A stretch of 64,000 nucleotides of DNA from Methanomethylovorans hollandica DSM 15978 (lineage in GTDB: Archaea > Halobacteriota > Methanosarcinia > Methanosarcinales > Methanosarcinaceae), in the NCBI RefSeq assembly GCF_000328665.1, contig NC_019977.1, forward strand, positions 2,162,011 through 2,226,010, in the 5' to 3' direction. The notes under the pieces were generated by a model. That model was not told where the DNA came from and did no database searches. It was given only the letters and a program-made list of their open reading frames with translations. A program made the translations under genes and the position numbers. Positions 9,396 to 19,234 of this stretch are shown one piece after another (position 1 is the stretch's first letter; every line of letters begins with the position of its first letter).

Positions 9396-10966
9396 TATTT
9401 TCCCCCGATGGCTTTTATCATTGCGGCCATTTTCCGTTCGGTTTCCAGGTATTCGTATGTCGGATCTGAATCTGCCACAATACCTGCTCCGGCCTGCACA
9501 TAGGCAGTATTGTTCCTGATCAGGACCGTCCTGATGACTATGGCAAAGTCGGCATCACCATTCCAGGAATAATAACCCACGCCACCACCGTATATGCCTC
9601 TTGCATTGGGCTCCAGGTCATCGATGATCTCCATTGCGCGTATCTTGGGTGCACCGGATAGCGTACCTGCCGGGAAGATGGCGCGTGTGGCATCGAACTG
9701 ATCACATTCATCCCTCAGTTCTCCACTTACAGTACTCTCTATATGCTGAAGATGAGAATATTTTACCACGCTCATGAGGTCATCTACCTTGACTGTTCCG
9801 CCTTTTGAGACCATCCTCACATCATTGCGTCCTAAGTCTACGAGCATGATATGTTCTGCCCTTTCCTTCTCATCTTTAAGCATGTGAGAGGCAAGTTCTT
9901 TGTCCTCGCCCTCATCCTTGCCCCGGGGGCATGTCCCTGCAATAGGATTGGTGATGACCTTCCTGTCGTAGACCGTCATGAGGGTCTCAGGGCTTGCACC
10001 CACGATACCGATATCCTTGAAATTGAAAATATACATGTAAGGGCTTGGGTTTATGTCCCTGAGCCTTATGTACAGTTGCAGGGGGGTCTGGCTAATTTTG
10101 ACAGTGTACCTGCGTGAAAGCACTACCTGGAAGATATCGCCGTCAATGATGTGCTGCTTTGCAGCCAGCACTGCTTTTTCAAAGGTTTCCTGATCAGTGC
10201 CTGGAACCGGTTCTTCTGACTTTACCTTTGCCAGGATATCGGAACTGATGCCTATCACTGAAGACATGTGCAGTGAGCGCTCCATGAGCTGCGCATCTGC
10301 TAAAGCGTGTTCGTATACTGCTTCAAGATCACTTTCCTTTGTAACGAACGGAGTGATGACCAGATATGTTTCATTGGTTATATGATCAAAGACAAAAGTC
10401 TTGGTCATTATGGCAAAATGCATCTCAGGTGTGTCAGCATCCGGCTTTTTCTCCCTGTCGATCCAGGAATCATAAACCAGTTCATAACCGTTGTAACCGA
10501 TAGCCCCCCCAAGGAACGTTTGCCTGTCAAAACGTTTCTGATTAAGCATCTCAACATTGTTGCTTGTAGGGAACACCTCACGGAAGGCAGTAAAATCATC
10601 ATCCTGTTCCTTTAACTGTACCCGGAACCTGCCTCCTATAAGCGATTCAGTAGTCCCCATTGCTTTTACTTTATCATAGATGAACTTTGAAAGCTCGGAA
10701 TTCTTCTGGCAATCGATGGTAAGGTACCTGTCCTTTATACCTACCACGATCTCTGGTTCAGAACCCACAAAAGAGTATCTTGCATGCCTTTTTTCCTTTT
10801 CCACTGATTCAAGAAGATATGAATAATTTGCGTTCTGCAAGGTCGCATACAGTTGCAGGGGAGTGCATATGCTGTCCACCTTAGCCATTAGCTGTACGAT
10901 GGCGGGTGTCTTTGAGCGTTCAACAAGAGCAATAAAATTATCTTTATTAAGATCGAACTCAACCAT
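9395..10966 (-). CDS. trpE: Anthranilate synthase component I
   Basis: LLESVE, GDIFQVVLS, NPSPYM, PIAGT, AEHIMLVDLGRND, GTLSGAPK. Confidence 0.96.
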   Translation of the reverse strand: MVEFDLNKDNFIALVERSKTPAIVQLMAKVDSICTPLQLYATLQNANYSYLLESVEKEKRHARYSFVGSEPEIVVGIKDRYLTIDCQKNSELSKFIYDKVKAMGTTESLIGGRFRVQLKEQDDDFTAFREVFPTSNNVEMLNQKRFDRQTFLGGAIGYNGYELVYDSWIDREKKPDADTPEMHFAIMTKTFVFDHITNETYLVITPFVTKESDLEAVYEHALADAQLMERSLHMSSVIGISSDILAKVKSEEPVPGTDQETFEKAVLAAKQHIIDGDIFQVVLSRRYTVKISQTPLQLYIRLRDINPSPYMYIFNFKDIGIVGASPETLMTVYDRKVITNPIAGTCPRGKDEGEDKELASHMLKDEKERAEHIMLVDLGRNDVRMVSKGGTVKVDDLMSVVKYSHLQHIESTVSGELRDECDQFDATRAIFPAGTLSGAPKIRAMEIIDDLEPNARGIYGGGVGYYSWNGDADFAIVIRTVLIRNNTAYVQAGAGIVADSDPTYEYLETERKMAAMIKAIGGK

Positions 10967-11645
10967 TTGCACACCTTATCTGTGAAATGAACCTGCGCAC
11001 TTTATCAGGGTCCTTCTTTCCATTTTTCTCAACTCCGGATGCAACATCCACTGCATAGGGCCTTACTTCTTCCACTGCCTGGCGTACATTTTCTGGATCC
11101 AGGCCGCCTGCCAGCATCACTGGAGCTTCAAGCATTTCCACGATCTGCCTGCTTACGGACCAGTCATGCACAGCGCCGGTCCCACCCACGATACCGGCTT
11201 TGCTGGAGTCAAGCAGTACGCCATCTATAAGATCATTCTCGAATCTCTCTTCTATTGTAGCTATTGCAGGACCCATCTCTTCCAGAATGTTATGTGTGTC
11301 AACAGGTATGGCAAATGTTTTGATGATCTTCTGCCGGACATTATCTCTTACATATTCAAGATCTGAAAGTAAGAGGTCGCTATGCAGCTGGACGATGTCT
11401 GGCTTGCATATGTCAATAAGTTCCACAGCTTCCTCCCCGTTCTCCGGCATGATCACAAGCACAGAATCCACGAACAACGGCACCTGTTCTATAAGGGCAG
11501 ATGCGGATGCAGCGTCGAGCCTTCTGGGACTAGGTACTGGCACTTCCGTTACAAACCCCACAGCATCAGCTCCAAACTTCACGGCCATTGCTATGTCTTC
11601 AGCACACCGCATACCGCAGATCTTCGCCCTTATAGGAAATTGCAT
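10959..11645 (-). CDS. trpF: Phosphoribosylanthranilate isomerase
   Basis: KICG, VQLH, GGTG, LAGGL, VDVASGVE. Confidence 0.95.
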   Translation of the reverse strand: MQFPIRAKICGMRCAEDIAMAVKFGADAVGFVTEVPVPSPRRLDAASASALIEQVPLFVDSVLVIMPENGEEAVELIDICKPDIVQLHSDLLLSDLEYVRDNVRQKIIKTFAIPVDTHNILEEMGPAIATIEERFENDLIDGVLLDSSKAGIVGGTGAVHDWSVSRQIVEMLEAPVMLAGGLDPENVRQAVEEVRPYAVDVASGVEKNGKKDPDKVRRFISQIRCANG

Positions 11646-12657
11646 ATTCTATGCCCTCAAAGGTCTTGTCGCTGAACTGTCTGAGCTTTCCCATGGCCCT
11701 GCCTGAATCAATGACTTCCTCGACCATGGGTATAGCTTCCTTCAAAGAGTCCGCAGCACCTGCAACATAGAGTGTGGCTGCAGCATTTATGACAATAAGA
11801 TCTCTTTTAGGTCCCTTTTCCCCTTTGAAAATGTAGATTATATCCTTTGCGTTCTCTGCAGGCGTGCCGCCTACGATATCTGTAGCCTTTGCTCTCTTGA
11901 TGCCCAGGTCTTCAGGAGAGATCGTATATGTCCTGATCTTGCCATCTTTAAGCTCTGCAACCTTGGTCTCTGAGATATTGGAGATCTCGTCCATGCCGTC
12001 CCCATGTACGATCATAGCCCGCTTTGCACCCATTTTCTTAAGCACCTGTGCAAAGACCTCACAGAGGCCGGGGTCGTATACGCCTATGAGCTGTGCATCA
12101 GCACTTGCCGGATTTGTAAGAGGACCCAGGATATTGAAAATCGTCCTTACACCCATTTCCTTCCTTATGCCTGTAACTCTTTTCATTGCAGGATAGAATA
12201 CAGGCGCAAGCATGAATCCGATGCCTATATTTTCAATCGATTCTTTCACATGTTCAGGATCTTTATCGATCTTTATCCCCAACTGCTCCAGTACATCCGC
12301 ACTGCCGGAAAGAGAAGTGATAGCACGGTTGCCGTGCTTTGCCACATTCACTCCTGCAGCAGAAGCAATGATGGCAGCAGCAGTTGAAACGTTGATGGTC
12401 TTATGTCTGTCAGCGCCTGTTCCCACGACATCCACAAGTGTGCCTTTTACATCAGGGTGTATGCTCCTGGCAGCTTTTTTCATGCCGCATGCGAACCCTG
12501 CGATCTCATCAGCAGTCTCACCTTTCATTTTCAAAGCCATGAGCAATCCGGCTATCTGGGCATCTGTGGCCTGAGTGAATATCTCTGTGATTGCCTTCTC
12601 AGCCTCTTGCAATGTCAGGTTCTCACCTGCACTTACTTTTTGTATGTACGACTGCAT
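11599..12657 (-). CDS. trpD: Anthranilate phosphoribosyltransferase
   Basis: DVVGTGAD, NVST, KHGNR, SGSAD, NILGPLTNP, GMDEI. Confidence 0.95.
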   Translation of the reverse strand: MQSYIQKVSAGENLTLQEAEKAITEIFTQATDAQIAGLLMALKMKGETADEIAGFACGMKKAARSIHPDVKGTLVDVVGTGADRHKTINVSTAAAIIASAAGVNVAKHGNRAITSLSGSADVLEQLGIKIDKDPEHVKESIENIGIGFMLAPVFYPAMKRVTGIRKEMGVRTIFNILGPLTNPASADAQLIGVYDPGLCEVFAQVLKKMGAKRAMIVHGDGMDEISNISETKVAELKDGKIRTYTISPEDLGIKRAKATDIVGGTPAENAKDIIYIFKGEKGPKRDLIVINAAATLYVAGAADSLKEAIPMVEEVIDSGRAMGKLRQFSDKTFEGIEYAISYKGEDLRYAVC

Positions 12658-12666
12658 GATAACACC

Positions 12667-12708
12667 ATTATACACATCAATGTTTTAAATTGTACATTGA
12701 TGTATAAT
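12667..12708. promoter_or_regulatory. TRP-box operator candidate (TrpY-type) in an inverted repeat
   Basis: TGTACA-N4-TGTATA at 12691-12706 plus TATACA at 12669; inverted repeat ATTATAC(AC)ATCAATGT / ACATTGATGTATAAT just upstream of trpD. Confidence 0.6.
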
Positions 12709-12848
12709 TAGGTGATGACATATATACATTGCTGTTGAACAAGAGATGTCTAAAAATATTGAAGATCAAGTGAAATAACATGAATGAGATAGTCCTGAAG
12801 AATACATTATATCTATTGAAACCGAATATATTAATGAGGGAGTTCAAT

Positions 12849-13286
12849 ATGATATACATAGCCATAGATGGGGACGATATTCATCAAAAATTCGAGAAAT
12901 GCTTGCTTGAAAGTGATGAAAAGAACATCGTCAGGACAAGTAAAGAGATAACAAATACTATTGACAGGATCATTGACCATTTGCAGCATGAAAGCCTGAG
13001 AATAGTATTCTCTGCAGGCGATTGCATCTTATGTAAATGCGATGCAGTTGATCTGATAGACCTGTCCAATTACTTGGATAAAATAGGTAATACAAATACT
13101 GTTTCTGTTGGGATCGGAGATACTTTGGAAAAGACGTATATCGCTTTCAAGTATGCCAGATCCATTGGAAAAAACAGTATCGTCAAATACACTTTGAATA
13201 ATAAATTAGAGGTCTTTGATCTGAATACCGTAGTTCCGCATTCATCCTGCTTTGCAGAAGGCCTTACTCCGTGTCTGGTAGAATAA
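12849..13286 (+). CDS. mCpol (minimal CRISPR polymerase) domain protein, putative cyclic-nucleotide synthase
   Basis: YIAIDGDDI...FSAGD...SVGIGDTLEKTYIAFKYARSIGKN pattern; GAGGGAG RBS before ATG at 12849. Confidence 0.8.
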   Translation: MIYIAIDGDDIHQKFEKCLLESDEKNIVRTSKEITNTIDRIIDHLQHESLRIVFSAGDCILCKCDAVDLIDLSNYLDKIGNTNTVSVGIGDTLEKTYIAFKYARSIGKNSIVKYTLNNKLEVFDLNTVVPHSSCFAEGLTPCLVE

Positions 13287-13327
13287 GGCTTTCTACTTTA
13301 ATTTAACTTTCTGCTTTAATTTTAAGA

Positions 13328-14806
13328 TCAACTTTCCTCGATCATCGCATAGATCTTGTCCATGTCCAGACAGCTGCGTACGATGTCGGCAAGTTCCTTA
13401 TATGCTTCTTCTTCGGTGGTAGCCACCTCGGGGTGGAATTCCACACCCTTCTTTTCTGTTAGATAGATCATCAGCGCAGTTCTTACATTGCTGTTCTCAA
13501 ACAGGCCATGGAGGTATGTACCTACGACAGTTCCACTCTGATCGATGCTGCCATCATCACCAAAGGCAGTCCTTGGAGTGTCTGTCTTACCCATGTGGAT
13601 CTCATATCCCCACACTTCCTCACCCTTGATATGACGGAATATAGGTCCCTCGGCAACTACTTTCTTTTTCACCTGGGTAGTGGTCTTCTTATACTCACCG
13701 AAGGCTGTCTCCACCTCAAGCAGCCCCATCCCCTCATAATCCGCTTCAAGGCCGTTCTCTATGCCGGAGTCATGCAAGGTCTTACCAAGCATCTGATAAC
13801 CGCCGCATATTCCAAAAATGGGCACCTTGCCATACATTTTCTGGATCTGCTTGTCCATACCTGTTGCTTTGAGGTCCAACAGATCGCTGATAGTGTTCTT
13901 GGTACCCGGAATGATTATACAATCCGGAGTGCCAAGGTCCTCATGCGGTTCCACATATCTGACTTTTGCCAGGCGCTCTAGAGGTTCAAAATCCGTAAAA
14001 TTGGATATGCGTGGCAATCTTATTACTGCAATGTCCACATCGTTTAAGCATTCCGATGAAGTATTCCTGCTTTTTGAATAGATGGCCATGGAATCCTCGG
14101 ATGGGATATTGAGTTTGTAATAGGGCAATACGCCCAACACGGGAATGCCTGTCATCTCCTCCAGTTGCCTTAACCCAGGCTCCAGGATGGCAGGATCACC
14201 TCTGAACTTATTGATAACGAAGCCCTTTATGTTGCCGCGTATGTCCTCGGGCAACAGTGCAACTGTGCCATACAGGCTTGCGAACACACCCCCGGATTCG
14301 ATGTTGCCCACCAGAATAATGGGGGCCTGCGTAAGCCTTGCTGTGCCCACATTCACGATATCCCGATCATAGAGATTAATTTCCGCAGCTCCTCCGGCTC
14401 CTTCCATGACGATGAGCTCGTATTTCTCGCCAAGTCGGTCAAGAGCTCCCTTTACAACTTCCATTGTCTCTGATATGGAATCATAGTAGTTGCCTGCGGA
14501 TTTATCAGCGTAAGGTTCACCCAGGATGATAACCTGTGAAGTCCTGTCACCTTTAGGTTTCAGGAGCACCGGATTCATATCCTCTGTAGGGTCAACTCCT
14601 GCCGCTTTGGCCTGCACAGCCTGTGCTATGCCTATTTCCTTGCCGTCCTTAGTGATCCAGGAGTTGAGGCTCATGTTCTGGGCCTTGAAAGGAGCTACTC
14701 TGTATTTCTCAGAAAGGATCTTACAAAGGCCTGTGACCATGATACTTTTGCCTACATCAGAAGCAGTCCCCAGTACCAGTAACATTTTAGTACTTTTATC
14801 AGTCAT
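13328..14806 (-). CDS. cbiP: Cobyric acid synthase
   Basis: GTASDVGKS, PFKAQNM, EGAG, NKFRGD, ISNFTD, GICGGYQM, GTYLHG. Confidence 0.96.
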   Translation of the reverse strand: MTDKSTKMLLVLGTASDVGKSIMVTGLCKILSEKYRVAPFKAQNMSLNSWITKDGKEIGIAQAVQAKAAGVDPTEDMNPVLLKPKGDRTSQVIILGEPYADKSAGNYYDSISETMEVVKGALDRLGEKYELIVMEGAGGAAEINLYDRDIVNVGTARLTQAPIILVGNIESGGVFASLYGTVALLPEDIRGNIKGFVINKFRGDPAILEPGLRQLEEMTGIPVLGVLPYYKLNIPSEDSMAIYSKSRNTSSECLNDVDIAVIRLPRISNFTDFEPLERLAKVRYVEPHEDLGTPDCIIIPGTKNTISDLLDLKATGMDKQIQKMYGKVPIFGICGGYQMLGKTLHDSGIENGLEADYEGMGLLEVETAFGEYKKTTTQVKKKVVAEGPIFRHIKGEEVWGYEIHMGKTDTPRTAFGDDGSIDQSGTVVGTYLHGLFENSNVRTALMIYLTEKKGVEFHPEVATTEEEAYKELADIVRSCLDMDKIYAMIEES

Positions 14807-14926
14807 ATCCAACAACCTTTTAATATGGAAAGCTTTTGTGTTAACGAATATTTCGCACAAGTTTTATGAGGAACAAGTTATATCTACTTAACTCCAGAAC
14901 TCCAGTTTACTTAAATTAGGTGGAAC

Positions 14927-15478
14927 ATGTTTGATCTTTTACGTGTAAGCGGCGGACCAACAAAACCAGAAATAATCGCTATCGCCCTATCGAAGATGGG
15001 ATTGAGGGACAGCGATCGGTTCTTTGATGTGGGATGTGGTACAGGTGCTGTATCAATTGAAGCAAGTTCACTTGTTAAGGACCTTCACATCACTGCTATA
15101 GATGCAAGGAAGGAAGCTATGGAAGTAGCAGAGAAAAATTTCGAAGCCTTTAAGATACCGAACGTGAATCTGGTTTTCGGTGAATCCTCTGAGGTCATTG
15201 CACAGGCGGAAAAGGTGGATTGTGCTTTTGTAGGCGGATCTAAGAACATTCTGGAGGTGCTGGATGCTCTTGCAGCAAAGAATGCCCGTAGTATAGTCGT
15301 GGACGCTGTGCGTATAGAGACCGTAGTAAGGGTTATACGGAGGATGCAGGAACTTGGCATATTCCGGGAGGTACTCCACGTAATGGTATCCCGTGGGGTC
15401 GATCTTATGGGTGAAACAATGTTCAAGCCTGAAAATCCGGTGTATATCGTTGTCGGAGGAACAGACAAAACGAATTAG
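14927..15478 (+). CDS. cbiT: Cobalt-precorrin-6B C15-methyltransferase (decarboxylating)
   Basis: GGPTKPEI, DVGCGTGAVS, ENPVYI. Confidence 0.92.
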   Translation: MFDLLRVSGGPTKPEIIAIALSKMGLRDSDRFFDVGCGTGAVSIEASSLVKDLHITAIDARKEAMEVAEKNFEAFKIPNVNLVFGESSEVIAQAEKVDCAFVGGSKNILEVLDALAAKNARSIVVDAVRIETVVRVIRRMQELGIFREVLHVMVSRGVDLMGETMFKPENPVYIVVGGTDKTN

Positions 15479-15492
15479 AGGAGAATTATATA

Positions 15493-16104
15493 ATGCTGAT
15501 TGGAGTTGGACTTGGACCGGGATCCCCGGAACTTCTTACGTTGAAGGCTGTAGAGACCCTTAAGAAAAGCCACAAGGTGTACGTGCCTGGCAGAATGGCT
15601 GCAGAGCTTGTTGCTCCGTACGCTGAAGCGGAGATCCTTGATTTCCCTATGCTTACCGATTATACTGTCCTCAACGAGATATGGACAAAGAATGCAGAGC
15701 TTATAGCAGAAGAGTCCAGGCATAACCTCATATCTTTCGGACTTATAGGCGATCCAAATTTCTTTTCTACCTTCACGCATCTTAAAAGAGTGATGAACAG
15801 GCTGTACCCGGATATTGAAACTGCCACAATACCCGGTATAAGTTCCATTACATCCTTCGCCTCCAGAGCTGATGCGGAGGTCGATGCTTCATTTGAAGTA
15901 AGTGATGGGTCAGAGAAGACATACAAAATAGTTCTTAAAGCAACAAGACCTCTTGAGATCATTGACTCCATGAAAAAGGAGGGCTATAACAAATTCACTT
16001 TTGTACAGCGCCTGTTCATGGAAGATGAAATAATCATCAAGGAAGTGCAAAAGATCCCCGAAAAAGGTAATTACTTCAGCATAGTGTTCGGGCAAAAAGA
16101 ATAA
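15493..16104 (+). CDS. cbiL: Cobalt-factor II C20-methyltransferase
   Basis: GVGLGPGSPELLT, DFPM, GDPNFFSTF, PGISS. Confidence 0.92.
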   Translation: MLIGVGLGPGSPELLTLKAVETLKKSHKVYVPGRMAAELVAPYAEAEILDFPMLTDYTVLNEIWTKNAELIAEESRHNLISFGLIGDPNFFSTFTHLKRVMNRLYPDIETATIPGISSITSFASRADAEVDASFEVSDGSEKTYKIVLKATRPLEIIDSMKKEGYNKFTFVQRLFMEDEIIIKEVQKIPEKGNYFSIVFGQKE

Positions 16105-16120
16105 CTGAGGAATAGATACA

Positions 16121-16852
16121 ATGGCTCATAAGGTATTTTTTGTGGGTTCTGGCCCGGGTAACGCTAAATATATAACCGTCATGGGCAAGGAACTTCTGGA
16201 ACAAGCGGACCTGGTGATATATGCCGGTTCTCTTGTGAACCCCGAGGTCCTTAACTATTCAAAGGGAGAAAAAGTAGATAGCTACGGACTCACCCTGGAC
16301 GAGACAAACAAACTGATGGTGGATGCTCTGAACGCCGGCAAAAAGGTAGTGCGTCTACACAGTGGGGATCCGTCGCTCTATGGCTCTATAGTCGAACAGA
16401 TAGAGGAATTGAAGAAGTTCGATGTTGAGGTGGAGATAGTTCCGGGAGTGTCCTCAGTGTTTGCAACCGCAGCAGCTCTCAAAACGCAGCTCACCCTGAA
16501 CAACGTTACAGAAACCCTCATCATAACAAGACCCGCGGGAAAGACCTTGGAAGAAGACCAGATAAAGGAACTTTCCCGGCATAATGCCACAATGGCAGTC
16601 TTCCTGGGTACGCAGAAGATAGAAGAGATCATGAAAAAGGTGGAGTATAGTCCCGATACTCCGGTAGCTGTGGTGTACCATGCATCCTGGCCTGACCAGA
16701 AGATAGTAATCGGCACTGTGGCAGATATAGCTCAGAAGGTTAAAGATGAAGGCATAAAACGTTCAGCCATGATCCTCATTGGAGGAGTGGTGGACCCAAA
16801 GAACTATGGGAGGTCTTACCTATACGGAGTAGCACAAGAACCGCTGTCATAA
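16121..16852 (+). CDS. cbiF: Cobalt-precorrin-4 C11-methyltransferase
   Basis: [29 protein letters not shown]. Confidence 0.95.
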   Translation: MAHKVFFVGSGPGNAKYITVMGKELLEQADLVIYAGSLVNPEVLNYSKGEKVDSYGLTLDETNKLMVDALNAGKKVVRLHSGDPSLYGSIVEQIEELKKFDVEVEIVPGVSSVFATAAALKTQLTLNNVTETLIITRPAGKTLEEDQIKELSRHNATMAVFLGTQKIEEIMKKVEYSPDTPVAVVYHASWPDQKIVIGTVADIAQKVKDEGIKRSAMILIGGVVDPKNYGRSYLYGVAQEPLS

Positions 16853-17361
16853 CCTTTGAAAGGAATCTGGAGATCGCTGAGCGTATAGCCAGCCATGTCG
16901 ATGCAGATGTACTGCTATACGAAAAGGGGATATTCAGAAAGGCCTTTGAGGAATACGATGCAATAGTGGCGGTGTTCGCAACTGGTATAGTGGTGAGGGA
17001 CATAGCACCACTTATTCAGGATAAATGGAAGGATCCGGCTGTAGTTGTGGTGGATTCTAACCTCAACTTTGCGATCTCCCTGCTAGGGGGGCATCATGGT
17101 GCCAACGAGCTGGTCCGCAGGATTTCAGAAATAGGAGCCATACCGGTCATCACCACAGCCACAGAAGTGCATAACCGCAACTCTGTGGAGGGTATTGCCA
17201 AGGCATTGGGATGCTACATCGTTAACAAGGACTCCACTCGGCAGGTCAACTGTTCCCTGCTGGAACAGGATGTGGAAGTGCTTGAGATAAAAGGTCCCAA
17301 GATAGTTGTAGTGGGCGATGATGTGTCTGTGCTTAAAAAGCAAAAGGCGGAAAACAGATGA
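16822..17361 (+). CDS. cbiG: Cobalt-precorrin-5A hydrolase, N-terminal part (start uncertain, see findings)
   Basis: [31 protein letters not shown]; frame open upstream of the first GTG (16966). Confidence 0.8.
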   Translation: MRSSTRTAVITFERNLEIAERIASHVDADVLLYEKGIFRKAFEEYDAIVAVFATGIVVRDIAPLIQDKWKDPAVVVVDSNLNFAISLLGGHHGANELVRRISEIGAIPVITTATEVHNRNSVEGIAKALGCYIVNKDSTRQVNCSLLEQDVEVLEIKGPKIVVVGDDVSVLKKQKAENR

Positions 17362-17711
17362 TCATAGGTATCGGGGCCAGGCGGGGAGTCAACAAAGAAG
17401 AGGTCATATCTGCCATTGAGGCTGCACTTGCAGAAGCGGGAATGAAGAGCGATGATATAGATATGTTCGCATCCTCAACGTTAAAGGAGAATGAAACTGG
17501 CCTGCTTGAAGCTGTTAATGTCCTGGGAAAGGAAATAAAGTTCCTTTCTGAGGAAGAAATCAATCTTTATGAAGCGCCATCGGGATCCCAGGCAAATCGG
17601 TTCGGTTTGACAGGAGTGGCAGAACCATCTGCATTGGCGCTTTCTAAAAAAAAGGAATTGATCTTAAGGAAGAAAGTATATGGAAGGATCACAATCGCAA
17701 TCGCAGAATAA
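17358..17711 (+). CDS. CbiG C-terminal domain protein
   Basis: IGIGARRG, KENETGL, GVAEPSAL, ITIAIA. Confidence 0.88.
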   Translation: MIIGIGARRGVNKEEVISAIEAALAEAGMKSDDIDMFASSTLKENETGLLEAVNVLGKEIKFLSEEEINLYEAPSGSQANRFGLTGVAEPSALALSKKKELILRKKVYGRITIAIAE

Positions 17712-18486
17712 CACCTCTGCTGGAAAAGGGAAGCTGTACATAATAGGCATAGGACCTGGTTCAGTGCCACAGATGACCATTGCTGCCAGAGATGTATTGA
17801 TGAACTCTGACTATATAGTCGGGAACGGCACATATCTTGACCAGATCACAGAGCTGATCGATAAACAGGAGATCATCCGCAGTGCTATGGGCAAGGAAGT
17901 GGACAGGGCTGTAAAGGCAGTACAATTGGCCAAGGACAAGATAGTATCCATGATCAGCGGAGGAGATGCCAATATTTATGGGATGGCAGGACTTGTTTTA
18001 GAAGTAGCGGAACACGAGGGTCTTGATGTAGATATAGAAGTGCTTCCGGGAGTTACGGCTATCACTGCCGCAGCAAGCGTGCTGGGTGCTCCCATAGTAA
18101 ATGATTTTGCAGTTATAAGTTTGAGCGACCTGCTCACACCTTGGGAAGTCATTGAAAAAAGACTGCATGCAGCAGCTTCTGCAGATTTTGTGATCTCACT
18201 CTACAATCCAAAAAGCCGGCAGCGCAAGTCTAATTTCTCACAGGCCATAGACATAATCAAAAAATATAAGAATGGTTCAGTACCTGTCGGCCTTGTAAAG
18301 AATGCATTAAGGACCGCAGATCAGGATTATGTTGTCACCACCCTGGATGAAGTTATGAACTACAACGACTGGGTAGATATGAGCACCACCATCCTGATAG
18401 CTAACAATGAGTCCAGGATCTGGAAGAGCAATAATAGAGAAAGAATCATTACTCCAAGGGGGTATCAGAGAAAGTATGACTACTAA
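17680..18486 (+). CDS. cbiH: Precorrin-3B C17-methyltransferase
   Basis: IGIGPG, SGGDANIYGMAG, ISLSDLLTPW, LYNPKS, ITPRGY. Confidence 0.95.
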   Translation: MEGSQSQSQNNTSAGKGKLYIIGIGPGSVPQMTIAARDVLMNSDYIVGNGTYLDQITELIDKQEIIRSAMGKEVDRAVKAVQLAKDKIVSMISGGDANIYGMAGLVLEVAEHEGLDVDIEVLPGVTAITAAASVLGAPIVNDFAVISLSDLLTPWEVIEKRLHAAASADFVISLYNPKSRQRKSNFSQAIDIIKKYKNGSVPVGLVKNALRTADQDYVVTTLDEVMNYNDWVDMSTTILIANNESRIWKSNNRERIITPRGYQRKYDY

Positions 18487-19201
18487 GAGCAAAGAAAAGT
18501 CCGGTTCAATGGCAATTGAAGAACTTGTTGAGTTTACTACAAAAATAGACCCTGCACTTATTGACATCTGTACTGACCTCGGCGCCCAGACCGATGAGGC
18601 CAAGGCCATTTACATGACAAGCCGCAATCTTGCTAAACAGATAGTGGGAGACAAAACAATAGAAGATAGAATCAGACAGCGCTGTATGGTTGCTGTAGGC
18701 GATATCTCCATGGCCTACCTCATGCACTTTAATAAAGATCCTATCCAGGCAGGCGTAGACGCTCTGAAAAAAGGTGCCCCAATATTTGTAGATATCAACA
18801 TGGTGAAATATGGGATCACAAAGATGGGACATAAGTCCGATGTCATCTGCGTGATGGACGAGGATAAGGACTCCGCCATCGCTAAAAAGTTTGGAATCAC
18901 AAGGACAGCAGCTGGTTTTCTTGCGTGCCGGGACAGGCTGGAAGGCTCTATAGTTGCCATAGGCAATGCCCCTTCAGCAGCACTTGCAGTGTGCCGTATG
19001 GTGGAACATGGTATAAGGCCCGCTCTTGTCATAGCAACCCCTGTAGGCTTTGTGAATGCTGCAGAGTCCAAGGAAGTCGTTAGGGATACAGACATACCTT
19101 CAATTACATGTGTCGGTACCAGGGGAGGAACTCCTATAGCTGTTGCATGTGTCAACGAACTTGTGGCGATAGCCAATGAAAAAGACGAATGCGAGGACTA
19201 G
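18476..19201 (+). CDS. cbiC: Precorrin-8X methylmutase
   Basis: TRTAAG, IGNAPSA, PVGFVNAAESK, RGGTPIA. Confidence 0.93.
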   Translation: MTTKSKEKSGSMAIEELVEFTTKIDPALIDICTDLGAQTDEAKAIYMTSRNLAKQIVGDKTIEDRIRQRCMVAVGDISMAYLMHFNKDPIQAGVDALKKGAPIFVDINMVKYGITKMGHKSDVICVMDEDKDSAIAKKFGITRTAAGFLACRDRLEGSIVAIGNAPSAALAVCRMVEHGIRPALVIATPVGFVNAAESKEVVRDTDIPSITCVGTRGGTPIAVACVNELVAIANEKDECED

Positions 19202-19234
19202 TTTTCCACGCATCCACTTTATTTATCTTGTTTT

